A DNA stretch of 64,000 bases from Lingula anatina (taxonomy: Eukaryota > Animalia > Brachiopoda). The stretch is taken from positions 2,542,001-2,606,000 of the forward strand of contig CM120640.1 in assembly GCA_051362555.1 (NCBI GenBank), in the 5' to 3' direction. A model generated the notes under the pieces. The model was given only the letters and a program-made list of their open reading frames with translations, searched no databases and was not told the origin of the DNA. Every line of letters starts with the position of its first letter. Position 1 is the first letter of the stretch. Below are positions 1 to 14,300 of this stretch, in pieces. Position numbers and translations under genes: made by a program.

Positions 1-1824
1 AAGAAATTTTAATATTGGGAATGCAAAACAAAATTATGGTGGGTTTTATTCTGTTTTTTCAGGCAGCATTTTGTATGCCAAAAAAAAAATCTCTCAGCGG
101 CTGTACAATTTTTTTCTGCAAGCTCCATTTCCTTCAAACTGAAATAGCACAAGAACTAGATTGTGTAAAGAAACATTTATTGTTGAAATAAATTAAAGTA
201 CAATGTCTAATCAATGATTTTTGCATATAAATAAAAATAGCTATATCTAATATCGTGAAAAAGTGAATGCAAAATCAAACGTAAAGCAAAAAGAAAAGAG
301 TTGTAAATATAAACTGACTTTCAAAAAGTCTATACAAAGTCGCATTAGGTCTTCTGTTTATCCAAGGCAGTAATACTTGAAGTAAACCGGGGACATTCTA
401 GGGATTCCAAAATGATCTTTGGGACTATTAAAAGATATGATAACAGACCCTAAAGTGCAAGTTTGTCTACCAATACATCTATTCGAATAAATTACACCAA
501 CAAAATATTTAAATAACACTGAGATACAACTGTACAGTAAGTTGCTATTTGTATGACATTTCAGTTTGCTAGAAAAACACGATTGCCACAGGCCATAATC
601 GGTATTTGTTGCCTCAGTTTTTTGGCCTTATTTGATGCCCAGGTATACCATAACACCCTGTAAGACAGGCTACATATACGTATATTGTAAATTAATGGTG
701 CACACAAGTGCTAACACTATTGCATAGCTGGAATAAAAAGAGTACAACATTACCAAACTAGTTTATGAAAAATATGACTTTTTTTTGTGAATGATATACT
801 TTTTAATGCGATGGAGGACAGTTACACAAGGGTTTGGATAGTCATATCCACTGAGAGTTGTAAGTTGGGATGTTGTGATGGCCTTACCTGTGTAACATGT
901 AAGGTCAAAAACTGAGGCAAATTTATGTGGCATAGATACTGTACATGCCCCATTGCCCATGTTACATACCAAGTGTTTATAACAAAATACACAATTATTT
1001 CCAAACACATAATAACTATGGATAAATCACTCCCACCAAATAATGAGATGTAAAAAGCCTCATTAATTACAAAATAATGTTCAACTGTCTGCAGACAAAA
1101 CAAGACTATTTATCACATGGTATAAAAATTCAATTCATGATGAGATTCCTTTCACTACACACTAAACAAACAATAAATGGGACAAAAACGTAACCACATA
1201 AAACTTCACACTGTTTTTTTCCTCACATTTTGAACAGCTTGATTTAAACCAGTTTCTTATTGCAAATATGTTTGCAGTCTGTATGTATTCAATAGTTGTT
1301 ATCATTTTATAGTGTTATTTTATGTGACATGACAACAAAGTTCTTCATGATTCAGTTTGTTTGTAAATCAAAATATGAAAGTCAAATACCAAAGAAATAC
1401 CATGTTGCCTTTAGAAAAAGAGCCATTTTAGTCTCATCAGCTAAAACTGAGTAATGCACACTACAGTGCTTTCATACTACAGTGCCTTCATTATGACTGA
1501 AACGATAACAACCTATTTTACTCATAGAAGAAATAATTGTGTTAAATACCAGCTATCTCAATCTTTCATCCAAATTGTTATAAAAATGTACGACTTAAAA
1601 GAAGATGACAAAAATATTTCTGACCAAAAAATTGCATTCTTATGTAAAGTAGCAAAAAACTGATGTTGGTGCACTGTATAATACACACACACAATTAAAT
1701 TTCATTAAATAAAGGAACTATGCACCTTTCCATTTCTAAAGTATGTGAATAATTCATAAAATCATCAGTATGAGACCTAACATGATATCTGCTAGGTGCA
1801 CTGTAAAGCTGCCGTTCTTAAAAC

Positions 1825-4782
1825 TTAATCTTCTGCTGCATGCAAGTCTCTTGCCTGGCGTTTTCTAAGATGGTGCAAGCCGTCACTCTCACCATCACGC
1901 CTGGTGTCATCACTTTTGTTTTCTGGCAAGAGTATTTCTTCAACTTCATTTTCCTCATTCTCATCACTCTGCTGGTGTTTCCTGTAGGTTTCATTATTGT
2001 CCTGCTCTGCCTCTGTATCCTCTGACTCAGAATCAGACTCTGTCAGACTGTCCTCAATTCCCAGCTCCTCACTAAAGTTTGTCCTGTCATGGGACATATC
2101 TGCAAAGCTCAGTTCATCTTCTTCTTCCCGATCAAACGAAGCTCCCTGAGCTGAAATTTGATCCAATGCATTTTCCTCTTTTTGTTCCAGTTTATCAGCC
2201 ATTGGCTCACACACGTCAGTTTCTTGGTTTTTGGACAAATGCTCTGTTGATCCACTGTCTCCTGCACCTTGACTCATCTGGAAAATGCCAGCGAATATAA
2301 AGAAGACATCAATGTCTAATCAAATAGTAGATATGTCTTAATATCTGCATTTTAATGTTTTTCAATCATAAGGATCTGTTTTCCCACTTATAAATGGTTT
2401 CAAAGGGGAAAATTGGAAATGTTTGTTTTATACATTGTAGTTTACTATATAATAGAATTAATGTTATCATTAGACATTTCTTAATGACTGGAATTTTGAA
2501 AAGTAACCAACTAAATCATTACAAGGACAAGTCTCCACAAATATGTCCACAATATCTACTGATATCAAATTTGATATTCCCTGAAAATAAATTCACCACA
2601 AAAAAGCTAATCCCTACCAATGGCAAAGTATGTATATTCTGCTAGTCACAGCAGCAAGCCACTGATGTCTTTAAACACAAAATAGACATACCTGTGCTAC
2701 AGTCTCACTTCCCACAGTGGTCATTTTACCCTGCACCTGCTTCATTGCATCAACTATTCTTTGCATCTGAGCTTCGGTTTCCAGTAGCTTCTCCTGCAGC
2801 TGAAGCATCTCATAGTCCGCTTAAAAAATCAGAATAATTTAAGAAATGCCAAACTATGTTTACTCTATAATTTTTATACCCTAACACTTAAGTCAAATAG
2901 ATAAATTTTCTTTGTGCCAATCTAGAGTAATCCATTGTATAAAATTTCACAAAAATTTTACAAAAATTTTATCCTTGTCATATTCATCCAGTATCTTTTG
3001 AAGTAAACTGTATATTTTCCAAGGACAACCATCACTACATAAGACTAACTTTCAAAAATCCAACAACATCTACCATCATTTTAATTATGAAATAGCAGCT
3101 GCTCTCTTTACTTACATATCTTTCTTTCATCTGCCTTGTTTAGCATAATATCAAGCTCTCTCTGTCTCTTCTTTTTACGTATGTACTCCGCATAATCCTC
3201 ATCTCCAACTTCATCACTATCCTCCTCGGTAAAACTCTTCAATTTATCCGTGTACCACACGTTGTTCTTTCTTCCACCACTCTTGCTGTCGTCTTTATTG
3301 AATATCTTAAAATACAAAGTGAAAACTATCAATAAAAGCCAGCATTCAATTCAACATATAGATACACGCATATCTTACAACTTAGGAAAATCCACTGATG
3401 ATGACATAGCTTTAGAATATTTGTTTTAAAGCACACCTAATTTGCCTAAGCTTGTAAATTGTACAGAAAATTATTTAGTAAATGATGCTGACCTTCTGTT
3501 TTTAAGGCAAACTCTGTTATTAATATTAAATTTGTCCCTATCATGCATACTTACCTTACAAAGTGTATAGATGAGATATATCACAATGCCAATGGTGTAC
3601 ACAGGCAACATCATGGTGACCATGCCTCCTCTCCCAGAGCCCTGTGTCTCCATGGCTTGTTTACGCATCTCTGCGGCTGCCCGCATGCCTGGGTGGGGGG
3701 TTCCACCCTACATAACACACACATAATTTACATTTCAAAGCTGTTGTTTTTACCACACCAAAAAAAAAATAAAATAAATAAATAAATAAAATAGAAGTAG
3801 TTAATTTGTTTAAAAAGTTGTTAATATCTTTACCAGTGGCAAATACAACAGCTTTTATAGTTTCTTCTAGAGTATAACCCAGCATATTAAATGATTTAAA
3901 GGCAAATGTGCCAACCTCTTTTTTATTATGGAAAATGTTAAATATCTTATTATCTTTCCTCAACAGTTATTTAGTTCAAAGTATTGATCTGGCAAAAAAA
4001 GAGTCATTTGAATAAAAGAAATTCATTCAAAGAGTGAGCCCTGATTAAAATTTCACTTCAAGCATTTGTATCATTATAAATAAGCTGGAAAATGGATTTT
4101 GTAAAAGATTCCTAGCATGCAATTTCATGCTTTAGCACTCCTATTTATGTTATCGACAGCACACATTATAAAAAATAAATAGGAGTGCAAATGCATGAAT
4201 TTTTGTGTTAAAAGATGCCTGGCAACTGCTGCAAACAAATTGATAAATTAGTTTAAACTTACCATCATATGCCTGTCACTCATTGGCCCCGGCCTCATTT
4301 TTGGCGCATGTGGCATTCCATTTTTATCTACAGAAAATTAAAAGATATCTTGTTAACATCTTCCATTAAATATATTCAAAGAGGAAAGTTTAATATACTG
4401 GTTACCAAATTTGGCAATGTGGGTTTTAATCAGTTGCAAACTTTGGTTCATACTGAGTGCAACGTTGTGCATTTTACCCATGTAACTTCTAAGACAATTA
4501 GTGTATGTTTTAAATAGAAAAAAACCTGAAATCAGTTAAATTAATCATTGCGTTGTTTTCAAAAAAAGTGTTGGACCCAGTTGAGAAGCTCAATCGTCGT
4601 CAGGCTGATCAAAACCCCAAGCTTCTGAGTGACACTGAAGAGCATTGCTTACCCAACTTGTCAGCGTTGGTTTTCTCGCCAAACCCAAGTGCCCGTTTGA
4701 TCATGGGATGGAAAATCTTCGGATAAACAACAACTAAACAGCCGACTACGATGCAGATTACAGCTATCGACTTAGCATCCAT
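1825..4782 (-). CDS. RIC3: RIC-3 nicotinic acetylcholine receptor chaperone, 6 coding exons (4782-4653, 4327-4263, 3707-3555, 3305-3116, 2819-2692, 2278-1825)
   Basis: The N-terminal hydrophobic segment MDAKSIAVICIVVGCLVVVYPKIFHPM is followed by a Pro/Gly/Met-rich linker and the TM segment MLPVYTIGIVIYLIYTLCK, which is typical of RIC-3. A coiled-coil exon (YEMLQLQEKLLETEAQMQRIVDAM) and an acidic tail follow. All introns are GT-AG with consistent phases. Confidence 0.88.
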
Positions 4783-5089
4783 CTTCAGTCGACTGAAGCT
4801 TTTTTCCTATCAGATGCCTCGTTCTCGACAATCGTATTGGCTATGCACGTTTTGGGATTAAACGCCGGCAGCGAGGCACTTCCTTGGATAGTGCGGGAAA
4901 TCGAAAAATCTAGGCCCACTTCACAAACATTATTCAAACTAACTTCCTCCAACACGACAGAGGTACTTTGTTCCCCTTTAATAGCCTTTTCAACTTAGCA
5001 ATTACTGACATAACCATAAGGCAGGGTTTTTATTACGTATGATTGATTAATCATGAGGCACAACCACGCGTGAGAAAACGAGATAAAAG
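4783..5089. promoter_or_regulatory. Probable bidirectional promoter shared by RIC3 and CNOT11
   Basis: The divergent ATGs are about 307 bp apart, the region is CpG-enriched relative to its flanks, and a YY1-like AAGATGGCG overlaps the CNOT11 start. Confidence 0.6.
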
Positions 5090-5325
5090 ATGGCGCTGTC
5101 CTTGAAAGAGCTCGCTTCTCTTTTAAGGTAACACTTTCTTCGTTATTTCGTTTAGATGTGCGTCAATTTAGTTATGTCTAGCCACCATATGTTCATTCTG
5201 CTTGAAGGGGACACCGTTATGAATACATATGAATAAATATCACGATACAGCATCCCACCATATTCCTAAAATGAAATTGTTCTCCAGGTTGATGAAATAA
5301 AAAATGCAACGGAGGGTTGTGTGCC

Positions 5326-5370
<45 letters not shown>

Positions 5371-8300
5371 TGGTGGTGGTGGTGTGTGTGTGTGTGTGTG
5401 TGTGTGTGTGGTGGTGGTGTGTGTGGTGGTGGTGTGTGTGTGGTGGTGGTGGTATGTGTGTGCGTGGTGTGTGGTGATGGTGGTGGTGGTGGTGTGTGTG
5501 TGTGTTGGTGGTGGTGGTGGTGGTGTGTGTATATGTGTGGTGGTGGTGGTGGTGGCAGTGTGTGGTGGTGGTGGTGTGTGTGTGTGGTGGTTGGGGGGGG
5601 GGGGGGATTCGGCCCGCTTTCACTGGATTTTTATCTAGAGTTTCTTTGAAATAAAGGAATGCATTTAGATTTTAACAAAATATGATTAACTACATCAGTT
5701 TAAGAAGCATTGTGCCAGTATATACATGTATGCAGTGGGATAATAAGATGTGATACAGTACATTTACTTTACTGTTTTTGTTTTATCTTTACTTTTAGTG
5801 TTCTGTCAGAAGATGCAACACAAACCCAGACATTTGAATCCTTAGCTATAACACTGCATCATTATTTCAACAAGCAAGATCATTTTAAAGTTGGGACGGC
5901 TTTGGTAAGATAAAATATTGAATGTCTCAGAAAATAAAAACATTAAAAGCTCAGCTTAAACCATTTACAGTATCATATGCTTCAGTCGATGAATATAACA
6001 TTAGTGTCTAATGCATTACATCATGAGTAGAATTAGTTTTGTTATAATTACTAAGTACATATTTACATCATAACTGAAATATTTCTCCATATTATTTCAG
6101 GTGCTTCTTCTTCAGAACCGAGATTTGCTTCCTCATCCAACACAGAAGCTGGCAGCTATTTTTCTTTTATTTGAAATGTACAGAACAGAGCCTGTTGCCT
6201 CCAACCCATTTGCTTCAGTATTTGTTCACCTTCTGGTAAGCAAGATAATGGAAATGTCATTTGAAATGAAAAAACTGGCAATTTAAAAGAGGATGTCAAG
6301 GCTGATGTTTTAAGAAGTACATAAACCTGTCAAATTATATATGTAGTATGATCATTGTAGTCAAGGTTGTTTCTTGATATAAGTGAACAGTATTGATCAC
6401 TTTTCTGATGGAAGTTGATTTGTGTAGTATTGTTGTTCATATTGAGAATATTTTTAACTGCTCAATTTCAACACTTACTGAAAGCAAACTGAAGGCTTTG
6501 GTTCCAACGCTATACACTGTGTCTTTACTGATGACTGATTAAGTCCAAAGTGTCTATTCTTACAGAACCCTCCCATTGACCGCCAAGATGCAGGACAGGG
6601 AATGGACTTTCACTGGGTGATACCAAAAATCTCAAGTTCAGAGAGGTACTTTCTCTCACAGCTCATCTCAAGCCCAACCAAAGAGGTGAGAAATAGCTTT
6701 ACATTGTGTTATAAGGTGCCATGCACAGCAGAAATAAATTAATTATTAAATTAGAAAAAAGTAAATTTGTAATTTTCGCCACAACAGTATTTTGTTTGTA
6801 AATTTTTGTGATACATACATTGTTGATTTAGTATTTTTGAAGAATGAGTTTTTGTCAGAAAGTACTGTCTTGTGAGTAACTGTAAAATTGATTTATTTTG
6901 TAAAAGAAAGAGACCAGGAATTGTGGATTGTAAAACATTCAAGTAATTACCTTATTTAAACATTGAACAATATATAATGATAAGTCAGATAGCTGTCATC
7001 ATGATTTCTTTCCATCATTGTTTCAACCTTATGAAAAATAAAACAATGTTTGATTTCAGTTGTTCAAGAAAACTCCCACTCAAATACTGAAAATGGATGT
7101 AGGCAATATGCAGGTAATTTTATTTCATTTGTTCTTTTTAAGTTTTTATTTTATTAATCATCAGCCGCTAAAAAATGACTTGTTAAAAGTTATTGAATTT
7201 TTAATTAGCCAGGATTTCCTACATCTTACTTCTTTGCAGATTACCCTTTCATATATTTCAGGCATATTACATCTTTTTATTTAGAATGATTAAGTAAAAA
7301 CCAGGTCAAAAAGTGCATTTTCTAGCATAGTGCAAGGAATGTATGTTATTATTACCGTGGCTTAAATCAAGTAGGATGAATTGTCTTTATAATTGTATTT
7401 GTAGAGGTTTTCTTTGATTACGTCTTTCAGTATTTGTATTTTATCATTTGGGGAATATAGATTAATTTGGAGCAAAATTTATAATTATTATTTACTTTCT
7501 TTTCTCAAAGTGTGTGTCTTTGTGTATGTGGGGGGGGGGGGGGGTAAGTCATGCTGAAAAGCATTTGAATTATTGTTTGATTATTGTATATTCACGATTT
7601 CAGTCGTTTGATGTAAGTGGTTTGCAACTTGCTTTAGCTGAGCGTCAGTCAGAGATGCCAGCGCAGAGTAAATCTGGCCTGCCTTGTGTGGTTCCTGACC
7701 CGGATACCAAGCCAATAAGGTAAGTACTGGACACAGATACAGCATGATTTTATGATTTTAGCCTAGGTGATCAAAATAATTCATGCCATTTTTTTTAGGG
7801 AAATAATAAACTGTAATTGATATATATTTTGAATATTGTTGTATTTAATGTTTAATTGACAAATACAAACAATATTGCAAAATTGCATTTTTTTAATATA
7901 TCGATATTGAATAATGAGACTTAGTAACAGGAGAGTTGAATATTTTATTGCTATCAAATCTACCAACAAAACACACAATCTAGATGAAAAGAGTTCCGTA
8001 TAATTGCGATTTTGGGACATTGAAATAGCTTCAATATTCCTTTATACTGCAGTAATTTAAGCAGTCTATGTATATTTATATCTTATTACCAGTGAATCAT
8101 GGAGTCACTTACATCTGTACAATAAAACAATTATTTACAGAATCTCTTGCAACAGATTGGATCGAGTATATATCTTAATTTCACAACAATGCAAACAATG
8201 TATTTTTGATTGTTGGAAAATATACAAGTACAAACTTTACTGTTTATTCTACAATGCACTTTGATTGATATTTTGTACCCAGTAAAATATTCCAAATGGT

Positions 8301-11300
8301 ATGGAGGATGAAATTAAATGTAAGCATGTTATAAAATTTAAAAATCATAAAACAAAAAACATATTTGAACAGGCTTAAAATATGTCAGGTTCTTCTTTCA
8401 AATGCTTAACTATGAAATAAGTTATCACGCTGCCTTGGAGAAAATAATGACCTGCATGCTGTATGTCTTATATAAGAAATATTTGTCTTGGACTTCATAA
8501 CTTACTTATGCACTAAAAGCACAACATAATTAATATACTATTTGTGTGTCTGAAACTGCTTGTTATCTACCATCTGCACATCAGTCATAATAATTAGCTA
8601 ATATTCTAAAAGCATAACAAAAAGACTAGTATTTCTATGACTATCATAATGTTTATATGGCTTATGGCAGATACCATTTGTAATATTTTCCCAAATTGTA
8701 TCTACAAGCAATAATTACTTTATGTAGAATAATAATTGAAGAAAATATTGTTTGGCAAAATAATTTTAGAGATCATTTTGTTGCTCATCAATATTGTAGT
8801 TCATCACATGGATTTTTGCAGCAATACAAAAACCAGAGATAATGTACAGCATATGGAATGTGCTGAGTTGTGATATGTTGAACATCATTGTGTGATAAGA
8901 GACATCTCTAGATAATTGTAAGAAAATCGTACAGTCCCAATTATTCCTGAGGTGTAGCCTTTACGATGAGAATTGCAATATTCCATTATTATGCAAAGAG
9001 TAGAGCTCTGTGAGCAAGAAAAATTTATATCATTGAGAGAGTTTTGCAAAACTCCAAAGTATGCAGTTAGTACCAGAGCTAAGCTTACCCCATTGCTTTG
9101 TATACCATCCTTGAGTAGTACTGCCAAAACCCTGAAAGTTTATCTGATAATATCTAGTGAAATATCAATGGGGGTCCTTGGTAAACAGTACTGCCTTGAA
9201 ACAGTCTCTGATAAAATCTACTGAAGTATGAACAGGGTCTTTGGTAAATTCTCATCCTTCACAACCCATGTATGATTTTTCTTTCACAAAAGATTCTAGT
9301 TCACAGTTTATGCCCATGTAGCTTTCTAAGGTGTGGGAATTGTATGGGAAATGTTAAAACCTTGCCCTGAAGTCTTTTGTCCAATGTATTCTGCAGGAAA
9401 CGTCTTTGCATCATACTGAGGTCTCATAGACTACCAGTGAAGATGGTCTCTCCAAATTACTGCAATTTCTACAGTTCTGCCTTAGCTGGCAGTTTGAGAA
9501 CAGTTCGTTGTTGTCCCCTAATTGGATATTTTGGCAGGAGTCCATCCTTGCGATGTAGTTCCCATGGTAGTGATGGTGATCATTGTGGTAGAGGCTCAGG
9601 TTGATGGTGTACACTGAGCCTGGATATAGTCAAATTTTTAAAAATTAAAAGTTTTTGTTGCAGATGTTATTTAAGGTTGTCATTGCTATTTGTTTATTAT
9701 ATATATTTAAAAGAAAACACAGCAATCCATATTGATGTGTAACATACTGGTATTCTATTGTTTAGATTAAAAAAAAAAAAAAAAAAAAAAAAAACGGAAT
9801 ATGAGAATACAATTTTAATATTTTCAATTAAAACAGCACAAAAACATGGAATTTTAGATATATGTCACATATTGTCATAAAGGCCACTTCTTACCTGACA
9901 CAGAGATATCATCCACCATAGTGGAGTGGTAGCCACTCTCTGATGTAGAAGCCTGTTGGTTATAGGGGTGTCTGGCAGGGAAAGGACTACACAGCAGGGA
10001 CCAGGGCAAGTTGATGAAGAACCCAGACTCTGTCTGTGTGTCTATAGAGCGAGAACACACATTGGTTCCTGCAAGGATAATTAGCATCCCAATTAGGTCG
10101 GGATTACCTCATCTGCTAGGAATTCTACTTTCAAATAATTTTATTTAATCACTAATTAATATTAGCAGAAATAAGCACTTGTTAAAAGTGAAAAAAGGAA
10201 AAATATTGCAAAGGAATTTTAGATATATGATAGAGAATTTATTCTCAAAAAATGTACTTTTACTAAGTTTAACATTTTGTTATAAAATTTGACTGTGTTA
10301 TTATCGTGCAAATGAATTAAAAAGCAAGACTTAAAATTTCATCTTTTGAATCATTAAACTGCTCTCATTTCTTCCAAGTGCAAATCTGTAAATAACTTTC
10401 CCAGTAAACTACTACCTGGATGTACACCTGTAGGCATGCCCAGACATGCCCCCCTTTGTAGCAATTATAGAAACATGGACATCATTAGTGTTTTGATTTG
10501 GTGACCTTATAATTATAAAACAATTTAACACACAGGATGCTCAGGTAATATACTATTATCTGCTAGCGTCAGCACATTGCACCACACCAACAATGACCCT
10601 GGAGGAGAAATGGGGAAGCCCCTACTGAGCAACAGGATATGATCTAATTCCCAAGGAATGTTCTACCTGACCTGACCACAACCCACCTGAGCTATGATAG
10701 ATACCCCTAGTGTAAAAATGATCATCCCCAGGTGAATGAAATCTCCAAGCTGTAAGCTACATACCTGTTGCATCATTTGCTAACATATTCTCCACTGGCA
10801 GTGAGGTTTGGCTGTAGGCGTGGGCACCTGTTAGAGCTGTCGTTGATTCAGTGCCGTTAGCCTGGGACTGAGTCACCAAGATGCTTTCCTTACAGCCCAT
10901 TGTTTGATTAGGTTATGATTTAGGTGTGACTAGTGATAATATTTCCTCTCTGCCTCACATCTTCATTGCAATACTGTCCTATAGTTCTATGTACACTAGT
11001 AGTAGTATTTTGAGGTCACTTTAGCCATTTCTCCCCTCCTTGGCCATTCAAAGTGCCGCCAGCATGTGCATCAACAACCTCAGCGTGTGCTAAGTGTGGT
11101 GTATACAGGTAGCCGTGGCTATTTTTAGAAAGTGATATCATTCACATTGATAAGCATAACAATACTAATACTTAGATAAACACAGCTTCTGTTGCTAAGA
11201 GACTGTGGCCTATATTAACCAATACCTGTAGTGTTAATGGCCTGCTCTAGCTGTCTTATCATTTTGAGTAAATTTGAAGTGAGGAAATGGAATTCTGCCT

Positions 11301-14300
11301 GAAATACTTGGTGATTTATCACTTAATGTCATCCAGTGTGTATATAAGAGAAGTTCAAGCTCATCTTGACATGACTAAGTACACGTGGCTTGACTTATGC
11401 CACAACTCTCTTTATTTATTTATTTGTTTGTTTGTTTGTTTGTTTGTTTGTTTGTTTGTTTGTTTAAGTAAACATTTGAACAATTTATTTATTTATTTAT
11501 TTATTTATTTATTTTAATGCAAGGGTTCTCTGTATATTCTTGCCCCCTGCATCTATCCATGTCTATCTCGGTACTGTCACCATCAGTTTGCACTTCTTCA
11601 CCCCATGACTGTCAAATCATGTGTCTACTTGAAATTTCTTAGGAGATTTTGCATAATCAATTGAATGTCAATTTTCAGAGCCAAGGTTGCATTTTGCTTA
11701 GGTTTCTGTTTGATTTGTCCTATATCCTCAAAACCATATTTTTGTAAGAGCGGAATTTAGCCAGGAGGTTTGGGTGAAATGCTGGTCTGAGGGGTTAAAT
11801 TAGTTCAAAAGTTTCACTTTGTTTTACTGAAAGAAATTACCCCTTAAACTAACATTAAGATATGAAATATATTAATGTGTTTTAAGCAAAAGACTTCACC
11901 CTCGTTCTTTTTCTTGTGACATTTTTTTTTTCATATAACAAGGTGGTTTGTTTTCTGGACCTTTTAAAATTATTTATGAGATAGTTGAAGCAGTTGTTAG
12001 GTATTTCTGTAAAATATTAAAAGGTTGAATCTTTATGTTTCAAAACAATTTTAAGATTAATATTGATATCATTTATCATTTTTAAATTAAAAAAAAAAAC
12101 AGCCAAAACGGAAGCTTCAATGTTTATTTTCTATGAAACTGGATTTATTGTTCTCTAATAATACACTTTGCTTCTTCAACTTGATTTCTTCATAAATTAC
12201 TTACAATTGACACAAAATGTGCTAAAAATCAAAAGAATGTCTAAATTGCAGCTCTTACCTCCACATATAAAAATGCAAACCTACCTAAAACCTGATTCAC
12301 AATTATTTGTTTTAACAAAGAAGGTAAAAAACTGGAAGTCACACTATCCAACAGCCAAATTTGATGTCAACTACCTATGTAAATGTTGTTATCTTTCATG
12401 TCAGATAAATCAGAGAGATAAGCAAATTCTTTACACTGGTTCTTATTGTTAAGGACAAAATTTTGTCATCTATCTAAGAAGAATTTTCTGTTTAAGTACA
12501 CTGATGTTAAATATACATGTACGGGGTAATGGATGGTTGGAAGAATTCTAGTTTGTCAGTTCATATCCACTGTTAGAAAATCTTATATAAAAGTGCACTT
12601 CTACTACTTTTTACATTTATTTACATATTCATTGTCACAAATGTCTACAGTTCCTCGTTTCTCCAAGAAGTGCTAAAGCTTAGGCTGAGGTATTAGTATT
12701 TGTATTCATCCTGCTCAATATACTGCCATATATAGTTTCTGTCCTTGGTTTGAAACTATCCTCCATAGAAGGCTGAGTTACTTGTATCCACCCTGCACAG
12801 TATAGTGCCTCATGTTATTTCTATATCCTTGGTTTCAAAGGATCCCCCATAATGTTAATTGACTGCCACTTTAGGTAGCTGGATTCCTGGGAGTTCACCA
12901 GAATCTGAAAATATTACAGTTATACTTTATTTTATGAATAAATGTTGTTGGAGTTTCTTTTCAAAATTTTCTAGTGAAAAAACAAACAAAGTGCATAGTA
13001 AAAATATGTTTTAAAAAATGAATCCAGATTGTCTAAATTTGATAGTTTATTTGATGTAGTAAAAGCTTTACCTTCAGCAAACACATTAAAAATGTGGTAC
13101 TTCACAGACAGGTCCCACTAATATTTATGATGAAGGTACAACGTAGTTTTATTTAAAAAAAAAAAAAGACAAGTAGAAAAGGAGTTGCAGATATGAAAGT
13201 CAAAAAGCATCTATTTATTGCATATTTTGTGCAATAAAACTTTACCATTAGCAAATGCAATAAGGATACGAGACTTTACAGAAAGGTCCCATAAACATTT
13301 ATAAGGCAGACAAGATAATTTTATTTTCAAATAAATCAGGTGGAAGAGAGTAGCTACCTGAACTTGCTTGGTTCAGCATGAAGGGATGGTGTTCTTTCAC
13401 CCTGAATGGCCGCAGTAGCATCCTATTATTTGGAGCCAGGGGTGGCTTGGATGTGATCATTGGGTTGCTTACAAGAGATATTTGACTCCCTTCACGGCTA
13501 AAGCCGTTCTCTGAGCTTACGTCGCTCTCAATGTCTTTCAGTCTGTCTGTATGGGTTGCAATACTGCACATGCTCCAGCGGCTCTCTGGTGTTGCGCGGC
13601 CCTGAACTGGCGTGGAAGGAGGGAGGTTTAAGTCACTGATGTCACTGTCTGTAGTGTTTGTATTAAAACGGTCTGTATGCTGGTGATATTTACTAGCTTG
13701 ATATAAAGTGGACCGATCTTGCATTAGACCTGGAGCAGGACTCACTGCAGGCAGCCTGCAAATTTCGTTCACAAATCCAATCCGAGCATTTCTCTGCTCA
13801 CGAATTTTCTTCCTCAGTTTACGCGCCTCACTCAGTTTGAGGCAGTCGATTTCCTCGCGTTCCTCGGATGTCCCACAGTACCCATGTATACCCTTCTGTC
13901 TCTGCATTTTGGGCCTCTGCAGCTGTGCAGGGTTTGAAGCGACTCCTTCAGAGACATCAATCCTGTGTACCTGGGTGTTCAACCTGATCCTGTCTTGTAT
14001 GGAGAGCACCTGGTGGCCTGATGCACCCGCTCCCATTGTCTTATATTTCCTAGTAAACTTTAAGTACAAATTAAATTCCCATTCCTTGCCTGTCGTGGTT
14101 GTTTCCTAGAAATCTTCAAGCACTAGGCACACTTGCCTCTACTTGAAGCTACACAGAATACATGAATGACAAGGGCAGACGGCTGAAGCAAAAATCTTAA
14201 TCAGCCCATCAAGAAATACCATTTATTTTTCCAGGTTCAGTCAATGAAATCAATACAATTTTAAAGAAAGGGTGCATTGTATTGTCAAGCCCTGTTAAAT

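Noticed and set aside
5240-5649. His/Thr-rich and Val/Cys/Trp-rich ORFs
   Set aside because: They are translations of the GT/GGT microsatellite in CNOT11 intron 1.
9769-9794. Poly-A run as a retroposon tail
   Set aside because: No TSD or SINE/LINE body is recognisable. It lies in intron 2 of the RHIM-like gene as a poly-T tract.
13708-14109. 133-aa plus-strand ORF
   Set aside because: It is the antisense shadow of the MGAGAS gene and has no ATG start.
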